Below are positions 1-9,486 of a stretch of DNA of 64,000 nt, one piece after another; positions within the stretch are counted from its first letter, which is position 1; each line of letters begins with the position of its first letter. The position numbers and the translations under genes were made by a program. Origin of the DNA: Nannocystis bainbridge (GTDB lineage: Bacteria > Myxococcota_A > Polyangia > Nannocystales > Nannocystaceae); the NCBI RefSeq assembly GCF_028368995.1, contig NZ_JAQNDL010000002.1, positions 192,001-256,000 on the forward strand, given 5' to 3'. The notes beneath the pieces were generated by a model that was not told the origin of the DNA, ran no database searches, and was given only the letters and a program-made list of their open reading frames with translations.

Positions 1-738
1 ACGAAGCCTGCTCTCTCGCGCGCGGCCCTGCCGCCCGCCATCCAGCGCGCCCTCGACCTCGCCGTCGACGCCAAGGCCGCTGCGCCCGTCGTCCTCCAGC
101 TCACCGACGTGGCCGGTTACACCGACTGGGCGCTGGTCGTGTCCGGCCGATCCGACCGCCACGTCGGCGGCATCACCGAGGCGATCATGGCCGGTCTCAA
201 GGACCAGCAGCGGTCGCCGATCGGCACCGACGGCCTCGAGGAGCACCTGTGGGACCTCCTCGATTACGACGATTTCCTGGTCCACGTGTTTTACCACCCG
301 GTGCGCAAGCACTACGACCTCGAGAGCATGTGGCGCGACGCGCCGCGGGTCGAGCTCGGGCTGCCTGAAGATGTCATGGACACCTCGGCGCTCGAGGGCC
401 TGACGCCGCCGACCGACATGCCGCCGTTCCGCGGCGGCAGCTTCGGCGCGTTCCCGGGCGAGCTCGAGGACGAGGAAGAGCTGGCCGACGCGCCGGGTGA
501 GCTGCCCGAGGGCGCCGAGGACGAGGAGCCCGAGGAGGGCGACGAGGACGAGGCCGCCGAGTACGACGAGCCCGACGACTTCGCCGACGAAGAGGGCGAG
601 TACGCCTACGACGAGGGCGACGAGGGCGACGAGGACGACGACGCGCTGGCGGCCGAGGACCCGGACAGCGACGCGGCCCCGGCCGACGCGCCCCCGGCCG
701 ACGCGCCCCCGGCCGACGTGCCCCCGCGGCGCAAGTGA
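1..738 (+). CDS. rsfS: Ribosome silencing factor RsfS (Iojap family) with long acidic C-terminal tail; 5' end truncated by the window
   Basis: Frame is open from base 1 (..ALDLAVDAKAAAPVVLQLTDVAGYTDWALVVSGRSDRHV..WDLLDYDDFLVHVF..RKHYDLESMW), the RsfS signature; adjacent to rlmH as in the conserved rsfS-rlmH pair. Confidence 0.9.
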   Translation, partial: TKPALSRAALPPAIQRALDLAVDAKAAAPVVLQLTDVAGYTDWALVVSGRSDRHVGGITEAIMAGLKDQQRSPIGTDGLEEHLWDLLDYDDFLVHVFYHPVRKHYDLESMWRDAPRVELGLPEDVMDTSALEGLTPPTDMPPFRGGSFGAFPGELEDEEELADAPGELPEGAEDEEPEEGDEDEAAEYDEPDDFADEEGEYAYDEGDEGDEDDDALAAEDPDSDAAPADAPPADAPPADVPPRRK

Positions 739-748
739 GCGTTCGCCC

Positions 749-1174
749 GTGAAGATCAGCGTCGTCGCCGCCGGCAAGCTCAAGGACACCGCGCTCGTCG
801 CGTTGTGCGCCGACTATGCTCGGCGCGTGCAGCCGTTCGTCACCGTCGAGACGCTCGAGGTGCGCGACCTGGCGGCTATCCGCGCCCACTGGACCCGCCA
901 CGAGGGCGCGCGCGTGCTGCTCGACGAGCGCGGCGAACAGATCGCCACCCGCGAGCTGGCGCAGTGGATCGACCGCTGGCGCCGCGACGCCCGCGACGTC
1001 GCGCTCTACATCGGCGACGCCGACGGCTTCACCGTCACCGACCGCACTCAGGCGGACCGCCTGATGGCCCTGTCTCGCCTGACCCTGCCGCACCGGCTGG
1101 TCCGGCTGATCCTGCTCGAGCAGCTCTACCGCGCCGGCAGCCTGCTGGCGGGTCACCCGTACCACCACGGGTGA
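749..1174 (+). CDS. rlmH: 23S rRNA (pseudouridine1915-N3)-methyltransferase RlmH
   Basis: GTG start at 749; MKISVVAAGKLK..LLDERG..IGDADGF..LSRLTLPHRLVRLILLEQLYRA..GHPYH. Confidence 0.95.
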   Translation: MKISVVAAGKLKDTALVALCADYARRVQPFVTVETLEVRDLAAIRAHWTRHEGARVLLDERGEQIATRELAQWIDRWRRDARDVALYIGDADGFTVTDRTQADRLMALSRLTLPHRLVRLILLEQLYRAGSLLAGHPYHHG

Positions 1175-1186
1175 GGCTGTCCGAGC

Positions 1187-1266
1187 GGGCATGTCCCGAA
1201 GGGCATGTCTCGAAGGGCATGTGTTGGAGGGCATGCCCGAAAGAGCATGTTTGAAAGGACATGTTC
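1187..1266. repeat. Tandem array of the 14-bp palindromic unit TGTCC-N4-GGACA (degenerate), exact 14-bp period
   Basis: GGGCATGTCC cgaa GGGCATGTCT cgaa GGGCATGTGT tgga GGGCATGCCC gaaa GAGCATGTTT gaaa GGACATGTTC. Confidence 0.9.
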
Positions 1267-1420
1267 AAAAGGCGAGCCGACGTCGTCTGGACGCAAGCGC
1301 GACTCGTGACGGGCGGCGTGGCCCGCGTGTCCGCGTCTCCCTGCGCTGCCCAGGCGTCCTCCGCCTCGCCGCGGTCGCGCCTCGCGCCTCGGCCCGTCGG
1401 TGGTTTATCCTGCGCTCGCC

Positions 1421-2326
1421 GTGGACCAGCCGCCGCGCGGACAGCCCGACCTGCTCGCCCTCGTCGCGCGCCACGCGACGAGCGAGGGGCGGACCGACTC
1501 GCCGTACCCGGGCCTGTGGTTTTGGCGCGCCGATCGGCCGTTCAGCGGGCGCAAGTCGCAGGCGCTCACGCTGTCGCTGCTGGTGGTCGTCCAGGGCCGC
1601 AAGACCGCCAACTTCGGCGCGCAGGCCCTCACCTACGATCCGCTCCACTACCTCCTGCTCACCGGCGAGGGCGAGTTCGAGAGCGCCGTGATCGAGGCCG
1701 ACCCGGAGCGACCGTACCTGTCGCTCAGCGTCGCCATGCCGCCCGATGTCGTCGCTCGCACCCTGATCGCCCTGGCCGACAGCGAAGTCGGCGGCGGCGA
1801 CGAGCCGGCGCCCGCGTACGTGTCGCGGCTCGACGCCCCGATCGTCGGCGCCCTGTGTCGCTTGCTCGAGGCAGTCGGCGATCCGGCCGAGCGGACCGTG
1901 CTGGCGCCGCTCATCGTCGAGGAGATCGTGTTCCGCCTGCTGCGCTCCGAGGCGGCGGCGGTGCTGCGCCGGGCCGTGCGTCGCGGCGACGAGGCCCGGA
2001 TCCAGGAGTCGATGGCGTTCATCCGCGCCCACGCGAGCGACCGCCTGACCGTCGAGGAGCTGGCCCGCCGCGCCGCCATGAGCCCGTCCCACTTCGCCCA
2101 CCGCTTCCGCGCCGTCGCTCGCGTCAGCCCGATGCGCTACGTCAAGCACGTCCGCCTGCACGAGGCGCGCGCGCTGCTGCTCCGCGGCGCGCGAGCCGGC
2201 GAGGCCGCCGATCAGGTCGGCTACGCCAGCGCCTCGCACTTCACCCGCGACTTCAAGAGTTACTTCGGCGTCCCGCCGGCCGAGTACGCCCGCCGTCTGC
2301 ACGCCGCGCCCGGGCAGCCCGCCTAG
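1421..2326 (+). CDS. AraC-family transcriptional regulator (AraC_N/YqhC-like)
   Basis: VVVQGRK N-terminal domain; C-terminal double HTH ([41 protein letters not shown]); start at 1400 or 1421 uncertain. Confidence 0.9.
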   Translation: MDQPPRGQPDLLALVARHATSEGRTDSPYPGLWFWRADRPFSGRKSQALTLSLLVVVQGRKTANFGAQALTYDPLHYLLLTGEGEFESAVIEADPERPYLSLSVAMPPDVVARTLIALADSEVGGGDEPAPAYVSRLDAPIVGALCRLLEAVGDPAERTVLAPLIVEEIVFRLLRSEAAAVLRRAVRRGDEARIQESMAFIRAHASDRLTVEELARRAAMSPSHFAHRFRAVARVSPMRYVKHVRLHEARALLLRGARAGEAADQVGYASASHFTRDFKSYFGVPPAEYARRLHAAPGQPA

Positions 2327-2343
2327 CTCGCGCGGCCCGCGGA

Positions 2344-2414
2344 TCGCAGGATCGGGCCGGCGTAGCGCCGCGCCCGTCCTCGCTGGTGCGTGCCTGCGTC
2401 TCGCAGGATCGGGC
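2344..2414 (+). promoter_or_regulatory. Direct repeat TCGCAGGATCGGGC x2, probable operator of the adjacent AraC protein upstream of the aldo/keto reductase
   Basis: Identical 14-mers at 2344-2357 and 2401-2414 between the regulator and the reductase. Confidence 0.6.
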
Positions 2415-2472
2415 AAGAGAAGCGCAGCGGTCGGCGTGGCGGCCGCGGGGGCTGTCGCATACACAGGAGGCC

Positions 2473-3459
<987 letters not shown>

Positions 3460-3722
3460 GCCAGCGGCCGGCGAGGGCGCGGTGGCCGGCCGAGCGAGCG
3501 GGACGCCGAGGTGGAGCGTACCTGTCCGATGGGACAGGCCGAATCCGATGTTTGCGAGGTCGTCCGCTCGCGCGATCGTGACGCCGCGATCGTCGCCGCA
3601 GGTCTGCTCGTGGTGCGGCCGCCGGTCGAGCGAGCAGCTCGCCGGGGAGCTCTGCAGGCCCGGGCGCCCGGGTTGCGAGAGGTGCTGTCGCGGTTCTGCG
3701 GCAGCGGTCGCGTGGGGCCGCA

Positions 3723-3774
3723 GGACATGTCTGTTTGGATATGTGCGAATGGACATGTCGTCATGAACATGTCC
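3723..3774. repeat. Tandem 14-bp TGTCC-N4-GGACA-type array (about 3.5 degenerate units); a perfect solo copy lies at 3523-3536
   Basis: GGACA TGTCT gttt GGATA TGTGC gaat GGACA TGTCG tcat GAACA TGTCC. Confidence 0.85.
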
Positions 3775-4012
3775 TGAGTTTTCGTCCGGGCGCCGCCGGT
3801 CGGTGCATCCCGCGCGAGCAGGGTCGGTGACGCGCCCGTCACCGGGATGTCGCCCGCCCGTGGTCCGGCGCCGCGGCTCACGCGCGGGCGGTCCGCGGCG
3901 ACGGACGGGCGTGCGCGCGCGATCGCGGGTGTACGCGCGAACGCGGCGCGTGGGGCTGCAGCAAAAGCGGCGCGGGCTTCCCGGGGCCCGAAGGACGCGC
4001 TAGACGACCCGC

Positions 4013-4864
4013 ATGCCTGCACGCTTCGCTTCCTCCGCGCTCCTGCTGTCCGTCGCCGTCCTGCTCGCCTGCAGCCCGAGCGAGCCCGCGACCACCGACG
4101 ACACGACGGGCGGCACCGGCACCGGTGAGACCGACGCGACGACGACCACCGGCACGCCGACGACCACCGCCGCGCCGACCAGCACGAGCGACACGAGCAC
4201 CAGCGACGGCACCACCTCCGAGGGCACGACCTCGCCGGTCGACACCACGACGGACGCCGAGACGACGACGACGACGACCGGCGAGACGACGACCGGCGAG
4301 GCGACGACCGGCGAGACGACGACCGGCGACGAGACGACCACCACGACCACCGGCTCGACCACCGACGACACCGGCGAGACCACCAGCGGTACCACCGGCG
4401 ACGAGGGCCTCGGGCCCGACGCCCAAGCGGCGATCGACGCCCTCGAGCTGGTCGTCGACGGCGTGCTGTGGACCAGCGAGTCCGACTACCCGTGGACCGT
4501 GTTCGGCCTGCCCGACGCTGCGCCGATCGGCGTCGACAACCTCAAGGAGCTGCTCGCCCCGCAGATCGTGGTCGAGAACGGCGAGGCCCCGCTCGAGGAG
4601 CAGACGATCGAGCAGAAGCCGTGGGACAAGATCTTCCTCGACATGACGACGCCGCAGGACTGGTGGACCGACTACGAGATCCAGCGCGCCGAGCAATACC
4701 AGGCGATCCAGGACGTGCTGGAGGGCCACCTCGTGAACCTGAAGATGTTCCGGATCGGCGAGAAGTCCGGCAACTGGCTGTCGGGCGCGATCGACATGTT
4801 CGTGATCGGCGAGACGGTCGACGGCGACCTGGTCGGGATCCAGACGATCACCGTCGAGACCTGA
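4013..4864 (+). CDS. Lipoprotein with Thr-rich tether and C-terminal nuclease A inhibitor (NuiA)-like domain
   Basis: Lipobox VLLAC; Thr/Gly/Glu/Asp linker; GVLWTSESDYPWTVF..LVNLKMFRIG..IDMFVIGETVDGDLVGIQTITVET follows the NuiA pattern. Confidence 0.75.
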   Translation: MPARFASSALLLSVAVLLACSPSEPATTDDTTGGTGTGETDATTTTGTPTTTAAPTSTSDTSTSDGTTSEGTTSPVDTTTDAETTTTTTGETTTGEATTGETTTGDETTTTTTGSTTDDTGETTSGTTGDEGLGPDAQAAIDALELVVDGVLWTSESDYPWTVFGLPDAAPIGVDNLKELLAPQIVVENGEAPLEEQTIEQKPWDKIFLDMTTPQDWWTDYEIQRAEQYQAIQDVLEGHLVNLKMFRIGEKSGNWLSGAIDMFVIGETVDGDLVGIQTITVET

Positions 4865-4878
4865 GCCCCTGGCGCTCA

Positions 4879-4939
4879 GGGCATGTCCGAAGACACAGGG
4901 CCTTTCAGGCATGCCCTTTCGGACATGCCCGAAACGCCA
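4879..4939. repeat. Tandem 14-bp TGTCC-N4-GGACA-type array (about 4 units) between convergent genes
   Basis: GGGCA TGTCC gaag ACACA GGGCC tttc AGGCA TGCCC tttc GGACA TGCCC gaaa CGCCA. Confidence 0.85.
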
Positions 4940-4946
4940 GGCAGCC

Positions 4947-5387
4947 TCACTGCTTGCGGACCACGCCCCCGTCGTCGACCGTGAACGTCAGCTCCTCGCG
5001 CAGCAGCTGGTTGCTGTCCTGCGAGCGCGACAGCATCACGGTCGCCGTGGCCTCCTCGAAGCCCTCGGCGACCGACAGCAGCACGCGGAAGGTCTGGGGC
5101 GTGCGCGGCGGGACGAAGCCGTCCCAGCGGGTCGTGCCGCCCTCGACGTTGAAGCCCTTGATGTAGATCTCGGCGACCAGCTTGTTGGTCTCGACGATGC
5201 CGGCGACCCGCATCTTGAGCACGAGCTCGACCTGGCGCGGGCCCTTGGGTTCGTAGGTGAGGTCGAGCTGGAGGTCGGCGGCGTCCTCCTTGACCGACTC
5301 GCTGCGCAGGGAGACCGGGCCGGCTGCCGGCTTGTGGGCGCAGCCGAGGAGCGACGCGGCGAGGGCCAGGGACACGAAGAGGCGCAT
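4947..5387 (-). CDS. Hypothetical lipoprotein
   Basis: Lipobox LLGC after hydrophobic signal; beta-rich mature part; GC3-biased codons. Confidence 0.75.
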   Translation of the reverse strand: MRLFVSLALAASLLGCAHKPAAGPVSLRSESVKEDAADLQLDLTYEPKGPRQVELVLKMRVAGIVETNKLVAEIYIKGFNVEGGTTRWDGFVPPRTPQTFRVLLSVAEGFEEATATVMLSRSQDSNQLLREELTFTVDDGGVVRKQ

Positions 5388-5420
5388 GGGGGCCGGTTTT
5401 ACCCCGACGCCGCCGCGGCG

Positions 5421-6587
5421 TCAGCGGGGCCCGAGCCCGAACTGCAGCGCGAGCTCCAGCCCGAGCGACAGCTCGAGGCCGCCGACGCGGAAGCGGGGCA
5501 CGCCGACCGCGTCGGCCAGGCCGACCACCCGCGGCCCGTCGTGGTCGTCGATCCCGAAGCTGCCGCCGAGCTCGATCCGCGGGCCCACGCGCAGGCCGAG
5601 CCGCGGCGACGGCCGAGCCCGCCAGCCCGGCGACAGCCGCAGGAACCCGCCCAGCAGCGGCGGACGGGCCACCGTGTCGTCGTCGCCCGACGCCGCCAGC
5701 GGCGCTCGCTCGCCCGCGCGCGTGACCCACCACGGCTCGATCGCCAGCCCGACCAGGATCGGCAGCTCGAACCGACCGCGGCGCAGGGCGTAGCCGGCCG
5801 CGATCGCCACGCGCAGGCGGCCGAGGCCGACCCCTGCCTCGGCCTGGCCGATCGCGCGGGTCTCGAGCGCCGCGGCGAGGCCCCGCGGACTGCGGACCTC
5901 GAGGCCGAGCCCGCCGCCGCCGCCGCCCAGGGCGCCGCCGTACGCTGGCGGACCGAGGCCGAGCACCGCCGCGGCGTGCAGGCCGACGCCGAGCTCCCAG
6001 CGTGGCCGATCGGACATGTCCTTTTGGACCTGCGCTTTTGGGCCTGTCTCTTCGGCCATGTCGAGGGGCGGCGACGGCTCGGGAGGTGGCGGCTCCGGCG
6101 GGGCCGGCTCGGGTGGCACCAGCTCGGGAGCGGCTGCGGGCGGTGGGATCGCCACGTCCTCCTGGTCGGGGATCACCGCGCCTTGCTCGACGGCGAAGAT
6201 CAGGTTCGCGGCGGTGCTGGCGACCACGCGGACCTCTTGCCCGATCTCGACCGCGAAGCTGCGCTCGTACGCGCGGCCGTCGGAGGTGATCACGCGGATC
6301 GTCCCGCGGTCGTCGGCGGCGCGGGTGAGCTGGAGATAGAGGTACGGCGCCTCGGTCGGGGCCGCGCCGCCGTGGCGCTCGATCGGCAGCCGCGGCAGGC
6401 GCAGGGCCAGGGCCGCCAGCACGGCGGCCTCGTCGAACCCGCGGATGTCGGCCCGCGCGGCCCGGAACTCTTGCGGCTCGCCGGTTGTCGCGTCACCTGT
6501 CCCCGGGGACATGCCCGAAGCGACACCCGGCTCGGCCGCGGGGGCGACCAGCACCGTGACGAGCGCGCATGTCGAGGCGAGGAGCAC
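5421..6587 (-). CDS. Secreted protein with Pro-rich linker and probable C-terminal outer-membrane beta-barrel
   Basis: Signal peptide, PEPAPPEPPP linker, amphipathic beta strands ending LGLELALQF; last genes of the ECF operon. Confidence 0.65.
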   Translation of the reverse strand: MLLASTCALVTVLVAPAAEPGVASGMSPGTGDATTGEPQEFRAARADIRGFDEAAVLAALALRLPRLPIERHGGAAPTEAPYLYLQLTRAADDRGTIRVITSDGRAYERSFAVEIGQEVRVVASTAANLIFAVEQGAVIPDQEDVAIPPPAAAPELVPPEPAPPEPPPPEPSPPLDMAEETGPKAQVQKDMSDRPRWELGVGLHAAAVLGLGPPAYGGALGGGGGGLGLEVRSPRGLAAALETRAIGQAEAGVGLGRLRVAIAAGYALRRGRFELPILVGLAIEPWWVTRAGERAPLAASGDDDTVARPPLLGGFLRLSPGWRARPSPRLGLRVGPRIELGGSFGIDDHDGPRVVGLADAVGVPRFRVGGLELSLGLELALQFGLGPR

Positions 6588-6606
6588 GGGGCGAGCCTAG
6601 CGTGTT

Positions 6607-7605
6607 TCAGCCGCAGCCGTTGTCGACGCACACCGCCGCGCCGAGGTAGGCGGAGTCGCAGCAGACTTCGAGGTCGCCGGCGCAGGCCGACGGGCACGGG
6701 CAGGTCAGGCAGGCGCCCGCGTAGGCGAACGGGCGGCAGTCGCCCGCCAGGCACAGCTCGTCGCCGGGGCACGCGCTGCCGCAGTCGTCGCAGTGCAGCG
6801 GGTCCTCGGCGAGCACCACGCAGGCGCCGTCGCAGTCGACGCGGCCGTCGCCGCAGCCCTCGGCGCACTTGCTGGCGTTGCACACGCCCTGGTCGCCGCA
6901 GTCGTTGTCGCACTCGCCGCAGTGGCGCGGGTCGCTGCGGGTGTCGACGCAGGTCTCGCCGCAGCGGACCAGGCCGTCGCGGCAGCGACACTCGCCGCCG
7001 TCGCAGCGCTCGCGCTGGGCGTCGCAGGTGCCGTCGCAGCAGGCGTCCGCGGCCACGCAGCCCTCCCCGCACTGGACCTGGCCCTCGGGGCACGGCGACT
7101 CGCCGCAGGCGGTCGAACAGGTCGGATCGCAACCTTCCTGGCCTTCGGGACAGGCGGTGTCCTCGCCGCAACCTTCCTGGCCCTCGGGACAGGTCTCGGA
7201 GTCGTGCGAGGTGTCGTCGCTGTCGTGATCGCTGTCGTTGTGGTTGTCGTCGGTCGAGCCGGCGCCGCCGATGGTGTACTCCTTGAGGCAAGCCGGAGCG
7301 CCGAGGAGCAGGGTCAGGGCAGCGAGGCGGCGGAGCGCGCCTGGAAGGTCGAGGACGGGGGCGGGCGCGAGGCGGCGGAGCGGGCTCGGGGGGCTCGCGG
7401 TGGTGGCCGGATCGAGGGGGGCGGCGGCGAGGCTGCGGCGCGCGTTCATCGGGCACGGGGAGCTCGGGGAGCTCGCGGTGGTGGCCGGCTCGAGGGGCGC
7501 GCAGGCGAGGTCGCGCAGGCTCACCTCGCTCGCCTCGCGCGCTCGAGCGGCCGGGCGGAGCGGGCTCGCCGGGCGGGCCGGCCTCGCGCAGGCGTCGTGG
7601 GTCAC
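6607..7605 (-). CDS. Cysteine-rich lipoprotein (Stig1-like CVDxxxDxxHCGxC repeats); start uncertain (7605 GTG or 7449 ATG)
   Basis: LLLGAPAC lipobox-like segment; CVDTRSDPRHCGECDNDC and CVVLAEDPLHCDDCGSAC; GTGA overlap with the upstream stop. Confidence 0.7.
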   Translation of the reverse strand: MTHDACARPARPASPLRPAARAREASEVSLRDLACAPLEPATTASSPSSPCPMNARRSLAAAPLDPATTASPPSPLRRLAPAPVLDLPGALRRLAALTLLLGAPACLKEYTIGGAGSTDDNHNDSDHDSDDTSHDSETCPEGQEGCGEDTACPEGQEGCDPTCSTACGESPCPEGQVQCGEGCVAADACCDGTCDAQRERCDGGECRCRDGLVRCGETCVDTRSDPRHCGECDNDCGDQGVCNASKCAEGCGDGRVDCDGACVVLAEDPLHCDDCGSACPGDELCLAGDCRPFAYAGACLTCPCPSACAGDLEVCCDSAYLGAAVCVDNGCG

Positions 7606-8699
7606 GGCGTCTCCCCGCCGGCGAGGGCGGCGTCGGCTTGCTTGCGGTGGGCGCCGGTCGGGTGGTGCTCGAGATAGTCCTGCCAGCAGGCAGCGCGGGC
7701 GTCGGCGGGGCTGCGACGGCACAGACCGGCGCGCGCGTCGTCGGCGAAGCGGCCGGCGGGGAAGCGGCCCAGGTACTCGCGCCACGCGGCGGCCTGGCCG
7801 TCGCCGCCGCGCAACTGGCGGGTCAGCGCGAACAGATCGCCGTAGGCCAGCTCGGCCCGCGCGCCGGCGCCGGGCAGGGCGAGGATCTCCCGGAACTTGC
7901 GCTCGGCGGCCGCGAGCTCGCCCTTCTGCCACAGCTGTTGCGCCTCGTCCTCGAGCGACAATCCGGGCGCGGCGTCCTCCTGCGACTTGCGCCGGCGGGG
8001 GCCGTCCTTGGCGAGGGCTTTGCGCGGGCGCGTTTCGTCCGGGACGTCGACAGTCGGTGATGTCCCTCGGGACATGTCCTCGGGGGCACTTTCACGTGTC
8101 GTTTTGGGCATGTCCTGGGGGACATTCGTGACTGTCTCTTGGGACATGTCATTCCGGTCCGCGGCCCGCTCGGCGGCGCCGTCGGTGTGGACCTCGGTGG
8201 TGCCGCCGAAGCGCGCCTCGCCGTGACGCCCGCCCGCGCCGTCGAGGGCCGCCGCGGTGCCGCGCTCGCCGGCCCGCTCGGCCACGAGATCGGGGCCGAC
8301 GACGGCGAGCAGCACGGCCGCGGCGAGGGCCGCGACGACGCCGAACACCACGCCGAGGCGGCGGCGCCCGGGGACGGGGGCCGGCGGGATGCTGGCCAGG
8401 CGCCGCTCGGCCAGCTTGCCGTCGAGCTCGGCCTTCAGCGCGGTGGTGAACGGCGCCAGCGCCCCGGCGTCGCCGCGCCCGTGGCCCGGCGCGAGCGGGA
8501 CCACGGGCGGCAGGACGCCGGCGCGCGCGACCGCGTCGGCCGGGACGGCGGCGGGGTCGAGCTCGCGGGCGCGGGCCAACATGGCCGCAAAGTCAGGTGC
8601 GGGTCGGGCCCTGGCGACCAGGCGATCGAGGTGCTCGGCGGTGTCGCGGGCGAACGGCGCGAGCGCGGGCGGGGTGCCGTCTTCGTCATGCGTCGCCAT
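7602..8699 (-). CDS. Putative single-pass anti-sigma factor with C-terminal TPR/BamD-like domain
   Basis: Overlaps the ECF stop; one TM (LGVVFGVVAALAAAVLLAVVG); C-terminal helical repeats (WREYLGRFPAG, WQDYLEHHPTG). Confidence 0.7.
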   Translation of the reverse strand: MATHDEDGTPPALAPFARDTAEHLDRLVARARPAPDFAAMLARARELDPAAVPADAVARAGVLPPVVPLAPGHGRGDAGALAPFTTALKAELDGKLAERRLASIPPAPVPGRRRLGVVFGVVAALAAAVLLAVVGPDLVAERAGERGTAAALDGAGGRHGEARFGGTTEVHTDGAAERAADRNDMSQETVTNVPQDMPKTTRESAPEDMSRGTSPTVDVPDETRPRKALAKDGPRRRKSQEDAAPGLSLEDEAQQLWQKGELAAAERKFREILALPGAGARAELAYGDLFALTRQLRGGDGQAAAWREYLGRFPAGRFADDARAGLCRRSPADARAACWQDYLEHHPTGAHRKQADAALAGGETP

Positions 8700-9342
8700 G
8701 GTCGCGCTCCTTGTCGGCCGAGTCCTCGGTGAGCCAGCCGAGCCGCACGAGCTCGCTGCGGATCCGCGCACGCGCCCGGGTGGCGCGCACGCGGAGGTTG
8801 CCGGGCGAGATGCCGAGCTCGGCGGCGGCCTGCGGCGCCGGCATGTCCTGCAGGTCGCACAGCACGAACGCCTCGCGCAGCTGCGCGGGCAAGGTGTCGA
8901 GCACGGCGAGCAAGACCTCGGCGCGGCGCTGCCGGAGGTGCGCGCCCTCGGGGTCGGCGTCGGTGCCGACGCTGCTCTGGGCGCTGACGACCTCGAGGCG
9001 ATCCATGGCCTGGTCGCCACGGTAGCGCGAGCGCCAGTGCTTGCGCACGATGTTGACGGCGATCCCCCGCAGCCACCCGGCGAAGGCGCCGCGGCCCTCG
9101 AACTGGGCCAGGCCGACGAAGGCCCGCGCGAAGGTCTCCTGGACCAGGTCCTCGGCGGCCGCGGTGTCGCCGGTGAGGTAGGCGAGGTGGCGGAACACGC
9201 GGTCGAAGTGCTCCTGATAGAGGCGCGACCAGGCTTCGATGTCGCCGCCGCGGGCGCGATGAAGGAGCTCGGCCTCGCGGTCCTCCGCTTCGGAGGCGCT
9301 CGGCGCGGAGCCCGGACGTAACAGTTGCAGGAGCGAACCCAC
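8686..9342 (-). CDS. ECF RNA polymerase sigma factor
   Basis: Region 2 (AAAEDLVQETFARAF..FAGWLRGIAVN) and region 4 (LPAQLREAFVL..AAELGISPGNLRVRATRAR). Confidence 0.92.
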   Translation of the reverse strand: MGSLLQLLRPGSAPSASEAEDREAELLHRARGGDIEAWSRLYQEHFDRVFRHLAYLTGDTAAAEDLVQETFARAFVGLAQFEGRGAFAGWLRGIAVNIVRKHWRSRYRGDQAMDRLEVVSAQSSVGTDADPEGAHLRQRRAEVLLAVLDTLPAQLREAFVLCDLQDMPAPQAAAELGISPGNLRVRATRARARIRSELVRLGWLTEDSADKERDHGDA

Positions 9343-9372
9343 TCAGCCCCCAGGTACCCGATCGCACCGCGG

Positions 9373-9467
9373 TGTTACAGGGAATCGCAGGCGCGAAAGC
9401 GCACTGTGGGGAGGGCGAAAAGTTTTTTGACCAGCGGCTGTAACAGGCCGGCCGCGGCGGGGACTCG
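9373..9467. promoter_or_regulatory. Pair of divergent CTGTAACA boxes, putative ECF -35 elements for the sigma operon and the repeat lipoprotein
   Basis: TGTTACAG at 9373-9380 (CTGTAACA on minus) and CTGTAACA at 9438-9445; each TGTAAC is followed about 15-16 bp later by GGGTAC or GGACTC. Confidence 0.45.
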
Positions 9468-9486
9468 GGGCGGGAGACCCAACATC

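Noticed and set aside
1187-1266. Resemblance of GGACATGTCC junctions to the eukaryotic p53 half-site RRRCWWGYYY
   Set aside because: The 10-mer arises at junctions of tandem TGTCC-N4-GGACA units; solo copies keep the N4-centred form, and the context is bacterial
1261-2472. 732-aa ORF extending the aldo/keto reductase upstream
   Set aside because: The extension is an off-frame read through the AraC gene; the real start is ATG 2473 with an AGGAGG RBS
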